A stretch of 64,000 bases of DNA from Eledone cirrhosa. Taxonomy: Eukaryota. The stretch is from the NCBI GenBank assembly GCA_964016885.1, contig OZ024740.1, positions 263,128,001 through 263,192,000 on the forward strand, given 5' to 3'. Of the stretch, positions 1 to 14,366 are shown piece by piece. Positions within the stretch are counted from its first letter, which is position 1; each line of letters opens with the position of its first letter. Under the pieces are notes generated by a model. The model was not told the DNA's origin. It searched no databases and saw only the letters and a program-made list of their open reading frames with translations. The translations under genes and the position numbers were made by a program.

Positions 1-101
<101 letters not shown>

Positions 102-603
102 GCATATAAATATGCAGAGAGAGAGATTTTGTGTGGTGAGGGAAAGCGTGAGCGAGTGAAAGGAAGAGAAAGATAGATAAAGAAAAAGATGCTGTTGCTG
201 TTGTTGTCGCTGATGATGGTATCTGTTAGAATGGAAAGGATGTTGTTACGACCAAGAAAGAAAATATTTAAATGAAAAATATTAAAGAATTTTATAAACG
301 AAATGGAAGGAAAATATTTTAAATGTTCATTATAAGTGCATTGCGTGTGTATATATGTGTGAACGTGTAAGTCGTCGAACTTGTCTGTGTGTATATATGT
401 TTGTGTTTGTGCGTATGTGGGCTTGCATACGTGTATGTGTGTGTTTCTGATTGTGCGTGACTGCGAGCGTGATTAAATTTATTTCCAGTTTGCCTTTTTG
501 CCTACAATAGACTTCGTCTAACATTGTAACGCTGTTGGTAAGTTTTGAAATTCACCCATACACACGCACAAATACACACTCAAACACATACACTTACACA
601 CTC

Positions 604-650
<47 letters not shown>

Positions 651-2279
651 GAACCTATTAGTTCATAAAATTATTAGGAATTCAATTTTCTTCTCCTTCC
701 TATTATTTCCATTGCTATTTCTTTTTGTATCTTTTATTTTTAGTATAAATTTATAAAATTTAATTTAACAAATTTGAATTAGTCCGATAAGGCTTTGATT
801 AATGGAAACACGGTCACCAATACAATTTTTATGATTTGTGTTAATCTTTTTACTTTGTTGTTTTGAGTTTTCTTTGTGATTTGTTTTCTTTTTGTATAGA
901 AAGTAAACAGTAATCTTGTTGTGTGTCTTATATCCTAGGGTATAACTTCAATTATCCAACTGTTCATTGCTTAAGAGTATCCTCTCATGTCATTTGCCCG
1001 ACGGCGAAAGAACATGCAAGAGACCTCACACGAAGACAGAAACTTTTTTTTACTATGAAAAGTAAGCAATAAAAACACCAGAAATAAGAACCACAATAAA
1101 GAACAAGAAAATCAAGAAGAAGTTTAAGAAACTTAAAATACCATGATGATGATGATGATGTGTCTCAAAATTATAGAACAACGCAGAAACAGCAGTTAGA
1201 TTAACTGGAAGAATTTTTTTAAATTGGGTAAAAACAGCCTCTTAAAATAGTGCAACAAGAATAATATTGAGAAAACCAAACAATAAAAAAGCGCAAGAGC
1301 AACAACTATATACTACATTTCCCTTTATTGTTATGTTCCATTCAAATGGTTAATGTAGTTTTACTGAATTTTCCTCGTTATTCTACCCCCACAAATGTTA
1401 TACACGCTTACATATATGCGTATATTCACACATATATCATACATACAAATAATATATTCATAATTCATACATATAAATAATATATACATAATTCATACAT
1501 GCATACATACATACATGAATACATACATACATATATACTTAGGCACATTCATACATACATGCATATTACATACATACATACATGATGGCTGGAAACTCTG
1601 CTAAGAGTATTGCAATCGCTTGTAACAGATCCTGAACAAGCAATGCCTGTGCTTTGAATGCTAAATGAGGAAGGGCCTTGCACTCGACCAATCCCACTCT
1701 CTCAGCATAGAAATAACTACCCGAAAAGGAGAACTTGTCAACATCATCAGATGATTCCGAAGCCGTAGGTTTTTTTTTCAGAGTTTCCTTCTCTTAGAAA
1801 GGTGTTGTGACTACAACTGGGGGGCCTTTCACTTCAAGGTGGTAAAACGAAATGTACTATTTGGATGGCCGTTAACTCTGCTGTGTTCCTCCACTCTTTG
1901 CATACATACATACACACATAGAGACAGACATATTTTAGATAAATAACACTAGACTAAATAATTGGCTCGCAGAAAAACAGAAACACAAAATTAATGCATA
2001 GATACTTTGTGAATTATCTTAAGGTATATGCCAAGAGTGCAATAAAGAAGAACCTAGATCAGGTTTGGACATTCTCAAAAGATATAGTTGGATAGAGTAT
2101 GGCCAAGAAAAATGTTTCCATATGTTTGTAAAATGAGAGAAAACTACAAGCCAGTCTCCCAATAGATCTATTAATGGTCTCTCTACTTCTCCAATATCTA
2201 ATGAAGAACGCTACATTTACCAAGTTACGAATGAATATACATCCTATAATGAGACATGCAGCAAGAACGTAAAACCTAA

Positions 2280-2650
2280 GAATATAAAACCTAGATAAAT
2301 TTGATCTGAAGGAAACGTGGCGAAGATCATGGAATGAGCCAAAATTTATCAACCTAGTCCTCCTATATGACCCCACGTCTAACCAAGCCGACTTCAATCT
2401 TCCGAGAAAGCAATGGGTGTCCCTTAATCGGATTCGCACAACACATACCAGGACAGTCCATCATTTCCTTCGATGGAAAATGAAAGACAGTCCAGCATGT
2501 GACTGTGGGTATCCTGACTAGACAAAGCTGCATGTTGTTTGGAATTGACCACTCGGACGTTTTCTCGGTGATCTGGATGCAATCTACAATACTACAAATC
2601 ATACCTTAGTCTGACTCATCTATCTCGATGTGTCTCTCTACTCAGCGTGT
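2280..2650 (+). mobile_element. Degenerate 3' fragment of a non-LTR retrotransposon (I/Ingi/Vingi-like C-terminus)
   Basis: Broken translation FNLPRKQWVSLNRIRT...RWKMKDSPACDCG..D*T..HVV, the C-terminal zinc-finger region typical of these LINEs; it has stops and frameshifts. Confidence 0.55.
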
Positions 2651-3006
2651 ATATGTCACAAAACAAGAGAAGATCTAGATAAAAGGAATATGTTCCTCGG
2701 AATTTAGATATTTCAATGGAAAATTAAGGTTATTGATATTAAAACTATAAACTATTAAGTACCACTAGGAAAAGTCTTTATTAAGTGCCTATACCTGAAA
2801 TTATTATCAGAAGTCAGGGATTTAATATCAATTCAGGCAACCTCGGGCTACATGTTCTGACCACTAATTAGCAAAGTACTTCCATTGATCACGTCATCAA
2901 ACAAAGCAGACTCATTTAAACAAACTCATATACACACGTACCCCCCCCCCCACACACACACACATCCCCACATATATATAAATGTACATACATCCACACA
3001 TACATA

Positions 3007-3047
<41 letters not shown>

Positions 3048-3049
<2 letters not shown>

Positions 3050-3212
3050 GATGGGCTTCCACACAGTTTCCGTCTGTTAAGTTTCATTCACAAAACATTA
3101 ACCAACTGAGTCGATAGTTGAAATACTTCCCCGAGTGCTACGCTGTCGGATTACACCCAAAGCTTCGTGGTAGCGAAGTTAATACTCTAACCACACAGCC
3201 ATGCCTGTGCCT
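3048..3212 (-). mobile_element. Probable SINE relic
   Basis: Short non-coding island after a (TA)n run, with a tRNA-like head on the minus strand (GGCATGGCTGTGTGGTTAGAG). Confidence 0.35.
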
Positions 3213-5530
3213 ATTTATAAGTAAATAAATTACTGATATTGCTTACTGCTATTTAATGATAAAAACAAAACAAAGAAACAGGTTATATTTAATATAGTTG
3301 TGGGCGGGTTTCGCCTCGAGTCTAGCCTGGAAGAAATCATAGCTTCAAATCTATTGTTTTAGATCCAGCACTTATACCTTAATGTCTTGTCAGTTAGACA
3401 ATGAAAGGGGATTGGGGGAACCATTGCTTGGTTGTGCTTTGGGCATCAGTTGGCCTTAATCCGGGATCGCTCACAGTCACACACATAGACATAGATACAC
3501 ACACACATACAGACATATATATATATATATATACGCGCATGACACATAATCACACATACTCAAATATTTCAATACTCATATAAACACACGTACATACATA
3601 CACAGTCATACAAACACACTCTCTCACTTACATACCAAATCTTATATCATCTGAGTCTCAAATCGTCCCAACTGTTTACATTATTTTGAGAGCCAAAGTG
3701 GATCAAGATTTAAGTAGTACACATTCTATCTTTGGACTACTTATGACTACGATCGAGAGACACTAATATGTGAGTCTGAAGGTAATTGCTCGATCTGTCA
3801 GAAATAGCAGCCTATTCCTCATTAAATCTCACCATACATTGTTTGAATTAAAAAGGACAGTAAATATTGTAGTTTGCGAAACGAAAACAAAGGTAAGATG
3901 GTCATGGCTGGAGTGAAATTGAACAGAGTTTGGTTTAAGTGATGTAGTAAGACTGCCCGGGGCCAGGCATGCTTTTGGTGCCATTAACTTAATTAACATG
4001 CACATTTTGTGCGACATGAGACTTACGTTCTTGGACGATTCACCTTTCTCGAACTCTTTTTGCCACCCTTGTTTTCTACTCCATCGGTTAAATAACGACA
4101 ACAGCTGCTGTCAATAGTCTGTGAACTTTTAAATCCCAAGGAAAAGCCAACAGCTTATAGGTACCAATAGATAGTAAAATTGGTTCGCTATATATCCACA
4201 TAAGTCTATCTGAAACCATATCCTATAGCCTTAAAAATAAAGGACATATAGAACAGCAGAGTCTTAGATACATTGACTAAAAACAGAGAAAGGAAAGAAC
4301 GGTCACTGCCATTCGGTGAATTTCCTAATTGATCTACTCGATTAGGTTCACTTTGTGGCCACTGTATATATGAGCAGGTGTACAATTTTTATTTGTAATC
4401 TTTTTCTCCTAGGGACTGCGTCGAGCCAAGGCTATAGTAAATGACAGAAGGCCAAGGATGTTACGCTGCAGAATTGAACCCAGAAAGACCAAACATTTTT
4501 TTCTGCGCATGTATATAGTCAATTATACAGACTCAATAACTTAACTGACATGCTACTTCATGAATCTCTGGAAACTGAAATACGAAGTTAAAACTGTTGG
4601 GTTTTGAATTCAGAAAGTAAAGATATGTAACTAAATACTAAACGATATTTTCTCCGACGCTCTACCGATTATAATAGTCTGCTGCTGATTGCATTGACTA
4701 TTTCTTGTGCTCAGTTCAATCTCACCTGAGTACATATGCTGGAGAAATATATAAGGGTCCGGTACAATAAGAGCGCTAGAATATCAGTAATGCCTCTAAT
4801 ATTTGATATTAAGATTCCCATTATTGTTTAGTGTGAAACAGCGGCGAATCAGTGGCCTACCTGATTACGTTTTACTCTTTTCGTGATATAAACACAAACA
4901 CACATCATCATCATCAACCTATTCATACAAGGGTACAGAAATATTGTTGCTCTTGCCGACTGGGCGCAGCATCTTCTAATAGTTAAGATGTACGTATCGC
5001 AATGGATAGGTCCTAGGTTTCATTCAACCACGTAACATCCTTGGCAAGTGTCATTTACCCCAGTCTTGGCTCGACTCAGTCCCTGGGAGTAAAATTGGAT
5101 AAGTGAAAGCTCTGGCTAACGTATGGTCTGCACCAGTAAATCAAAGACCCACTCATGTTTCGTACAGTATTACGCTAAAACTTCTTGCGAATTACATTAA
5201 GGTTACACGTGTCTCTGGAATACTCAGCCATATATACAATAAATTCACGACCAACTGGAACGCTAATCGTCTCGGTTTCTTTACCGAGACCAACTCTGCA
5301 TTCCAACCTAGGGGTAGATAAATAAAGTACCAGTCATATTGGGGATGGGGGGATGGCGGTAAATGTATGCTCTTGTTTTGGAATCGGTAACACGATAGAG
5401 CTTCAGAAAAGCGTTAACAGGATGAGCCACATATTCTTTCAACGCAATTATGTATGGACAAGAAAGAAAATCTAGTTGGCTACTTTGTGTTAATCACTTC
5501 TCTTTGCCCAAATTATTCTGTTGTAATCAT

Positions 5531-5598
<68 letters not shown>

Positions 5599-5603
5599 GG
5601 GGG

Positions 5604-5676
<73 letters not shown>

Positions 5677-5789
5677 AAAGTTATATTTAAATTGTTGGGT
5701 TACAACTAGTAAATATTTATAACTGATATAAAAGCACTCGACAAATATTTGGAGTATATTTACAATATTAAATAAATGGAAACTATATT

Positions 5790-5888
5790 TATAAAACCAT
5801 ATTTATTTCATTATATATATTTCAGGGATAACATATTAACAATATGCTATGCCTTCCTCAGACAAAATACAATATAAACAGTTTTATA
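5790..5888 (-). ncRNA. Type I hammerhead ribozyme in the 3' pLTR of PLE1
   Basis: Minus strand reads TATTTTGT-CTGAGGA-AGGCATAGCATATT gtt AATATGTTATCCCT-GAAA-TATATATA-ATGAAATA: intact core, long stem II, pairing stem I. Confidence 0.75.
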
Positions 5889-7241
5889 GATAAATAGATT
5901 CGACATACCGTAACGACATCGACTTGTATTTGAAAAGGTTGAATTGGCAGTGAAAAAATTGTACACAGAGAGAAAGAAAGAGAGAAAAAAGAGAGAAAAA
6001 AGGAAAGAAAGACAGAAAACGAAGAAAAAAAAGAAGAAAAAGAAGAAATGCATGGAACAAAATAGAGAGATGGAAAGATAGATAAAGAGAAGAACTTCAT
6101 GTAAAGGAACAGAGAGAGAGATATATATATAGAGAGAGAGGAAATAGAGATAGATACATATATATAGAAAACTAGGTAGTGGGACGTCTGTTGAGTAAAC
6201 GTATCAATGATACATTTATTTATTTATTTAGCTCTAGTATTAATGTAAGGGAGATATATGGAGAGAAACCAGCTGTTATATATATAGAGAAAAAATATAG
6301 AGAGAGAAAAAATTTAAAAATAACCAGACATAGGCGAGGCTTAAAAAACCCTATGTTTTAATGTAGAGGTATTAGTATTTATAAAAACCAGCCACTATAT
6401 TGTAAATATCAGTATTCCTGAATGAGACATGGATCCATAAAGTGTGAAAATTAATGATCTTATGTTTAGTTTTTTAAAAAAATTCATATGTTTATGTGAT
6501 AACTACAAACATCTATGTGAATTTACATGATCAACTCTGCAAACCCTAAGTTCACGGAAAACATTCTCATTGTGGTATAAAAATTTAAGTATACATATAT
6601 GTGTATATATATACACACAGATATATATATAGAGAGTCAATATTACTATTCCTGTCTTTACTCAACAAGATTATCTATCAAGCAGAAATAGAGAGCAGAT
6701 TTCAATATACTAATAAAAATATATATCAGAAACAAAACTAAAAAATAACAATAATAATAATAAGTAATAATAAAATAGAAAACTAAAAAATATTACGAAA
6801 GAATATTACATATTAAAAATATTACATATTAAAAAATATTAAAAATAAAAATATTAGAAAATACTACAATAATAAAAAATAAAAATAAACCACAAAGATC
6901 AACCCTTCAAAATTAATTGACAATATATTGCCAAGTTCATTATAAGCATCAGAGTCGAAAAACAGATAAAGCCAAAAATTATCTATCAAATCGCATCTAG
7001 CAAAGATCATTTCAAAAAGTTTAGGATGCCCATTTGGTCTACATGTGTTCTTATATTTAATATAGAAGTTTATCTATTGTAACGTTTATTCGAAATATTT
7101 GGAGCATCAACTTTTAGGGTAGCTCAATTTTTCATGAAGAATGTTTAAATAAAAATAAAAATAAAAATAAAAAGAATAAAAAGAAGGAATCAAAGATTTA
7201 TCGGCTAGTTTCCCATATAATTATAAATCAAACTAAATATA

Positions 7242-9456
7242 CTACATTTTAAATTTAAATTTATATTTAAACGTTGAGTTTAATCTATGTTTGCAGCAAC
7301 TGAATAAATTTGTCCGTAGATTAAGGGAATTTTTAGATTTTAGTATAAAGAATATCTCCTCTGCGCAGAGGTCACATGTCTCAGAGGATGAATTAAAAGG
7401 AATCCCTCTTGAGACTATATTCCAAGCCGTCGAATATCTAACGTTATCTAGCTTAAGTTGCCAGAGTACGCCTGATAGTGCCGTTGAAGATTTTTTGCTT
7501 GGATCTGTGAAAGAATTCTTCTGGTTATTATAGCGAAGTTTAAATTCCGTCGATGTGGAACCGACGTAGTTAAAAGAATTAGAGTCAGTATTAACATTAC
7601 AATTGTATACTATATTTTTAACTAAGCAGTTGTTATTTAACGGACATTTAGATCTATCTCTACAGTTACATTTGTTAACTTTTATATTATTTATGCTATT
7701 ATCACTAGGTTTTAAGTTCCTATTATTTATTCTATTAATATTTTGTGCTAAATTTTTGGTGGATGAGTAGGTTAATTTAATTGTATGTCTATTGAAAATT
7801 GAGTGATACCTATGTGTTCTAGGGAAGCGATTATCAAGAGCTTTAAAAAATAGTTTAGCGATGTGGGTTTTAATGTTTAGTGAGAAAAGGGGGGGCAAAC
7901 CAAATTATGTTCCTAGTTCTATTTCTTTTTTGGCCTTTGGAATTATTGTAATGCTTTCTATTATAGTTGTTAAGGTTGTTGCCGTAATTAAAATAGTTGT
8001 TATTTTGTTTAGTTTGTCTATCATTATCTATGTACACAATCTTATCAGCATATCCTGCTCTAGCTAATGCTTCATTGTAGTATTGGGCTTTTTCGTCGAA
8101 AATCTTTCTATTCGACGAGATCCTAGAGATACGTTTTTGAACAGAGTTTACTATAGTGTTTTTGACAGATCTGGGGTGGTTAGAGTTAAAGTTGACATAG
8201 TTTAAGTTTTCATTCAACTTGTGAAAAGGATAGTGAAGACATGTGTTGAGATTTAATGTTATATCTAGGAAATTGACTATTCTATGGTTGTTCTCAATTT
8301 CTATTTTAAGATTAAAGTAATTAAAAAATTGTGTAATTTGTTTACATTTTCTATTTAGTTCAGAGTTATTATTATCAATAAGTAAAAGCATGTCATCTCT
8401 ATATAAACCTCCGGTAGTACCAGGTATTTTCCTATGTAGCGAATTGATTAAAAATAAGCCCACAAGGTCAGTTACCTGAGCTGAGTCGGATGATCCCATA
8501 GTAATGTCAAAATTGCTATCTCTATCTGCTCTGGTCCATAGTTGGTCATTAAATTCTATCAAAGTTTTCCTAGCCGATAATATAATATGCATTTCATTGC
8601 TAGTTAGGTCAGTATGTTTGAATGCGTAATTTAGTGCCTTATTTAATAAATTAGGGGTAATAGAAGAATAATAGTTAGCTATATCAAGTTGAATAAACTT
8701 ATTATTATTGTTATATTTAATTTGCTTAAACCACTCAACGACCTCTCCAGTTCCCTTCCACAAGCTCAGGTTAGATAAATAATCCAAGTTCTTAATTTGC
8801 TGTATCACCCTGTCAAGAATGTTTTTGCTTAATTTGCCCAGGTCCGATTTTGATGGTGCGATCAATCTAACTGGCAAGTCATTTTCAAAATTCCTCTTGT
8901 GATCCTTCATATTGATCTTCGGTTTCCTGGGCACGAAAGGTTGTGTTCTGTTCTCAATTTCCAACTCGTGCATTATACAAGATGCTTCGACATTCATTTT
9001 CTCAAGCTCGGCCCTATCTGCTACCTTGTACTTTTTCCTCAGCTCTTTCAGTATGAGGCCATTATACATGTCTTTCTGCATTCCATAGAGGTTGTTGGTC
9101 TTGTCAGATTTCACCAAGATCTTCTCAGTTTTCTCTAAGCTCTCAATGTTATCCTTAATGCCTTTCAGATATTCCTGGCCTTTGAAGTTTCTCTTGAATT
9201 TGACCCCTTGTATGATAGAAATTATATCGTTTTCAAAGTCAGATAAAAGTTTGTTAGGGGGTGGATTTCTTTTAGATTTGAAAACTTTGTTTAAGTCCGA
9301 GACATTTTCATTTATATTAGATTTATCAAAGTGGAATGCTCGCCACCTGATTCTCCTTATAAAAGAGTCAGATTTATCTATTAATTGTTTTATAAAGTCT
9401 TTGTTTCTAGGTAGAGGTATGTCTTTTAAAGAGGAAGTAATCTTAAAGAATTCCAT
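7242..9456 (-). pseudogene. PLE reverse transcriptase + GIY-YIG endonuclease, one frameshift at ~7885-7895
   Basis: RT motifs QLDIANYYSSI, TMGSSDSAQVTDLVG, LYRDD, FLDITL; EN region CNCR..CPL...CL, IVY...YVGST..FKLRY. Removing one base in CCCCCCCTTTT restores IIWFAPPFSLNIKT. Confidence 0.9.
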
Positions 9457-9620
9457 TTTTCCAGTTATAATATAAAGCGCTCAACAGTATTGGAGCAAGA
9501 TACATGGAAAGTTATATTTAAATTGTTGGGTTACAACTAGTAAATATTTATAACTGATATAAAAGCACTCGACAAATATTTGGAGTATATTTACAATATT
9601 AAATAAATGGAAACTATATT

Positions 9621-9719
9621 TATAAAACCATATTTATTTCATTATATATATTTCAGGGATAACATATTAACAATATGCTATGCCTTCCTCAGACAAAATA
9701 CAATATAAACAGTTTTATA
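9621..9719 (-). ncRNA. Type I hammerhead ribozyme in the 5' pLTR of PLE1
   Basis: Same motif as 5790-5888. Confidence 0.75.
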
Positions 9720-11012
9720 GATAAATAGATTCGACATACCGTAACAACATCGACTTGTATTTGAAAAGGTTGAATTGGCAGTGAAAAAATTGTACACAGA
9801 GAGAAAGAAAAAGAGAAAAAAGAGAGAAAAAAAAAGAAAAGAAAGACAGAAAACGAAGAAAAAAAGAAGAAAAAGAAGAAATGCATGGAACAAAATAGAG
9901 AGATGGAAAGATAGATAAAGAGAAGAACTTCATGGAAAGGAACAGAGAGAGATATATATAGAGAGAGAGAGAGGAAATAGAGATAGATACATATATATAG
10001 AAAACTAGGTAGTGGGACGTCTGTTGAGTAAACGTATCAATGATACATTTATTTATTTATTTATTTATTTAGCTCTAGTATTAATGTAAGGGAGATATAT
10101 GGAGAGAAACCAGCTGTTATATATAGAGAGAAAAAATAGAGAGAGAGAAAAAATTTAAAAATAACCAGACATAGGCGAGGCGTAAAAAACCCTATGTTTT
10201 AATGTAGAGGTATTAGTATTTATAAAAACCAGCCACTATATTGTAAATATCATTATTCCTGAATGAGACATGTATCCATAAAGTGTGAAAATTAATGATC
10301 TTATGTTTAGTTTTTTAAAAAATTCATATGTTTATGTGATAACTACAAACATCTATGTGAATTTACATGATCAACTCTGCAAACCCTAGATGTTTGTAGT
10401 TATCACATAAGCATATGAATTTTTTAAAAAACTAAACATAAGATCATTAATTTTCACACTTTATGGATACATGTCTCATTCAGGAATACTGATATTTACA
10501 ATATAGTGGCTGGTTTTTATAAATACTAATACCTCTACATTAAAACATAGGGTTTTTTACGCCTCGCCTATGTCTGGTAATTTGTTCTCTCTCTATATTT
10601 TTTCTCTCTATATATAACAGCTGGTTTCTCTCCATATATCTCCCTTACATTAATACTAGAGCTAAATAAATAAATAAATAAATAAATGTATCATTGATAC
10701 GTTTACTCAACAGACGTCCCACTACCTAGTTTTCTATATATATGTATCTATCTCTATTTCCTCTCTCTCTCTATATATATATCTCTCTCTGTTCCTTTAC
10801 ATGAAGTTCTTCTCTTTATGTATCTTTCCATCTCTCTATTTTGTTCCATGCATTTCTTCTTTTTCTTCTTTTTTTTCTTCGTTTTCTGTCTTTCTTTCCT
10901 TTTTTCTCTCTTTTTTCTCTCTTTCTTTCTCTCTGTGTACAATTTTTTCACTGCCAATTCAACCTTTTCAAATACAAGTCGATGTTGTTACGGTATGTCG
11001 AATCTATTTATC

Positions 11013-11111
11013 TATAAAACTGTTTATATTGTATTTTGTCTGAGGAAGGCATAGCATATTGTTAATATGTTATCCCTGAAATATATATAATGAAATAAAT
11101 ATGGTTTTATA
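11013..11111 (+). ncRNA. Type I hammerhead ribozyme in the inverted pLTR of PLE1
   Basis: CTGAGGA at 11040-11046 and GAAA at 11078-11081, with the same stems as 5790-5888. Confidence 0.75.
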
Positions 11112-11134
11112 AATATAGTTTCCATTTATTTAAT

Positions 11135-11185
<51 letters not shown>

Positions 11186-11259
11186 AAGGAAATGTGGAAA
11201 GGAACCAGGTGGACCATAACGCACCAAAGTACTCAATACTTAGGGTAGTAGAGTGGGTA

Positions 11260-11381
11260 ATAGGAACGAGTAGGACCCCGATGGCTGAGCTCAAGCCGTT
11301 TCGACGGCTAATTCTGGACTAATTGAGTCCAGAATTAGCCGTCGAAACGGCTTGAGCTCAGCCGTCGGGGTCCTACTCGTT

Positions 11382-11386
<5 letters not shown>
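11260..11386. repeat. ~61-bp-arm palindrome with a 5-nt loop
   Basis: Arms 11260-11320 and 11326-11386 are reverse complements with 1 mismatch. Confidence 0.9.
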
Positions 11387-11469
<83 letters not shown>

Positions 11470-11742
11470 AGTCATTTAAATTAAATCCGCTCTCGATCTT
11501 AGAATCTTTGTTCCTAAACTTTTTCTTATTCGACTTTGTGAGAGTTGAACCAAAATCGTTACATTCCTTCTTTAAACTTTCAGGGTGCACATTTCTTCAT
11601 AATTTCGTGCATGTGAACGTTAACCAGATTTACTCAGAATTTAACGAGGAGAAAGCAACCGCCGTTTTGCGTAGAACTCTTTATCAACGTATAAACGTAT
11701 ATTAGGAAAAGAATAAGAAATAAGAAAATGTATAAAACGATA

Positions 11743-11775
<33 letters not shown>

Positions 11776-12084
11776 TCTCTCTCGTTCATAACCAAATGAG
11801 ATTTACTTGGAAAGAAACAATACAGTTATCATTAAGAAGAGTTAACATTAATGAGTGCAATATGTCACAGTTCTAGCATGAATCATGTATAGTCCGCCTA
11901 TGACTGTTTAGCCGACCCTCGTATATGTATATATATGTATTAGTGTGTCTATGTGTGAATGCAGGGATAGCATTATCCGAACTAACGTGTACCCGGATAG
12001 CAGTAGGCGTGTACACATGTATAGATAATGGATACAATGCCTAAACTAAAAATATAATGGATATTAAGTACAAACTTTACTCCA

Positions 12085-12905
12085 CAGTCACAAACACACA
12101 TACACACACATTCACCCACTAAAACCGAAACAAACACTCACACACATGCAAATACACACATCCACACACCAACACACACAAACCCACTCACACACACACA
12201 AACACGCCCAAACACACACATCCTCTCTGCTTCCTTTCCTCTTTTTCTCTAATTTACATACACACACACATACATACACACACCCTCTCTCTCTCTAATT
12301 CCTTCCCTCTTCTGCACTACTTTACACCAACATATACGCACTCATGCACATACTCTTTCTTTCTCTGTGTCTCTGACTCTATACCTCTTAACTTCACAAA
12401 CACACATACACTATCCTCTCTCTCGCTCTGGCTCTCATTTTCATCTACACACACATACAAACACACTCACATACACACTCTTTCTCGCTCTCTCTCTCTC
12501 TTTGAGTCTCTATCACTTACACCCACCCACACTGCACCCACCCACACATACACACACTCCATTTCTCTCTCTGACTCTCTATCACACTCACTTACACAGA
12601 CGAGCACTCCCTCTCCCTCTTTGTCTCACTTTCTCCCTCATACACACATACATAATCGTTACTATTTTCTGACTCTCTCTCTCTCTCTCTCTCTCTGTTT
12701 CACTTGTTCTCACTGTCTCTTTCTCTCTATCTCTATCTATCTCTCTATCTGTCGCACACACTCATACACATATTAAAACTCGAACACTCGCTCTCACTGT
12801 CTGTGTCTCTTTCTTCCTCTCTCTAACACATACACTATAAATTCCTCTGTTTCCTTGTCTGTCTGTCACTTTCTTTTTGTTTCTCTCTGTCTCTCTATCT
12901 CTCTC

Positions 12906-12947
<42 letters not shown>

Positions 12948-13010
12948 CCTCTCTCTCTCACCCACCCCCACACACACACTTATTGACACTCAAACACTCT
13001 CCCTCTCTCT
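12085..13010. repeat. Degenerate (CA)n/(CT)n low-complexity tract
   Basis: Directly visible dinucleotide mosaic. Confidence 0.85.
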
Positions 13011-13167
13011 GCTTGTCTGTACCTTTATCTGGAATGAGTTTCACTCTTTTCTATCTTAGCCTGGGAATTTCTGGGTCACTGTGACACTACACTAGATTGT
13101 AAGGGGTGAATGTGAAATAAAATGTTGGACACAACACGTTGTCATATCTATTTGTTTTATCTATTTA

Positions 13168-13596
13168 CTAGCAGTGGTACCCGGCGTTGCACAGGATTAG
13201 GTATTTTGGAACGCGGGCTGCCATCGGATCTAATCGTGGAAAAACTGCATGCCTGGACAATATGTAAAGAAAATAAACCGAATACTCTGATGGCTGGATA
13301 ATCTTTGAGATTTTCCTCGATGAAGCAGGGAAAATGCTGGTTTTAACCTAATGCAGGCCCTGGGCAATAAAAAAGTTGGATTTTCTTTGCTCACTGTATG
13401 AAGAAGAGACTGACTAATACATAGTTATAATTTCAAGCAAATCGGTCTGACGTAAAGCCTAAAAAAAACCCTAAAAAGCTTAACAAACACAGTTTTTCAC
13501 CTAATGCGGGCTCTAGGTGATCAAAAAGTAATACACATGTAAAGTTTGAAAAAAATCGGTTGGGTACTTCTCGAGTTTCAGGGATTCAAACTCATA

Positions 13597-13637
<41 letters not shown>

Positions 13638-13750
13638 CCTCAGGGAAGTGACGTAATGCAGAAGCCAGACATACAGACAGATATTATAAGGGCGCGACGT
13701 TATATGTATGTATCTATCTAAAAAGAGAAAGACTAAGAATTATAGAGAGA
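13168..13750 (-). mobile_element. Non-autonomous Helitron/HINE-like element
   Basis: Minus-strand 3' end CCTGTGCAACGCCGGGTACCACTGCTAGT (hairpin + CTAG). The 5' part (GAGGATGT..TGTGTG..CCAACCGA..AAACTTT) resembles the start of the Helitron at 55234. The 5' boundary is approximate. Confidence 0.55.
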
Positions 13751-13854
13751 GAGATCGCTAAATCACCTAATGCAGTCCCTAGGGCATTGACAATTTGAAA
13801 TTTTCTTCGCTCAGAACACTCCCTGAAACATAAGTATTACAACCTGAAAGGATA

Positions 13855-14345
13855 TTTCCATACAATCCAAGAACCAGAAATACTCACCAAGTAGCTACTG
13901 AACAAAAGAGGAATGTCATTGATTGATAATAAATGTAGGCTGACAAAAAACAAAGATTGAAGATGTTTGACACATTATTGCTTATCATGAGGCATGATGC
14001 GATAGCTAGAAGTATTTGGAATACATTACGTCAGACGAAAATCAAATCAAATAGGGAGGAATATGTTGAGACTAATGCATCATAACATTACTGGTGGAAC
14101 CTAGAAATAAAGAATGCTATAAAACTAAAGCACAACTGGCCTGATATTGTTGTTTGGGACCTCATATTAAAAACATATTGTTCTAGAAGTCAGCTGCCCA
14201 CTTAATGTCAATGGGGTATGAGATTTCTAAAAGAAAAGATATTTACGGACCTTTGCTGAGGAGTTTGGAGATCCAGTATCCAGGACACACGTTCAGCTTC
14301 ATATCCGTAATTATTAGAGCTAGAGTTTGTATGCCCACTCGCCTA
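13855..14345 (+). mobile_element. Degenerate restriction-like endonuclease fragment of an R2/R4/CRE-type LINE
   Basis: Broken translation CRL...EDV*HII...MRHDAIAR...KHNWPDIVVWD...EVSCPLNVN...DIYGPL...FISVIIRA (CCHC, RH and PD-(D/E) motifs). Confidence 0.65.
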
Positions 14346-14366
14346 GACCAAATATGACTGAGCTTG

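Larger units (their letters stand above)
5673..11140 (-). mobile_element. Penelope-like element 1 with direct pseudo-LTRs and an inverted 5' pLTR, inserted in (TA)n
   Basis: RT+GIY-YIG ORF 7242-9456; near-identical direct repeats 5673-6548 and 9504-10388; inverted copy ~10387-11140 of ~9592-10354; (TA)n at both ends. Confidence 0.9.

Noticed and set aside
780-825. HHR-like CCGATAA...GAAACACGGTC
   Set aside because: Core is mutated and there is no convincing stem I or II.
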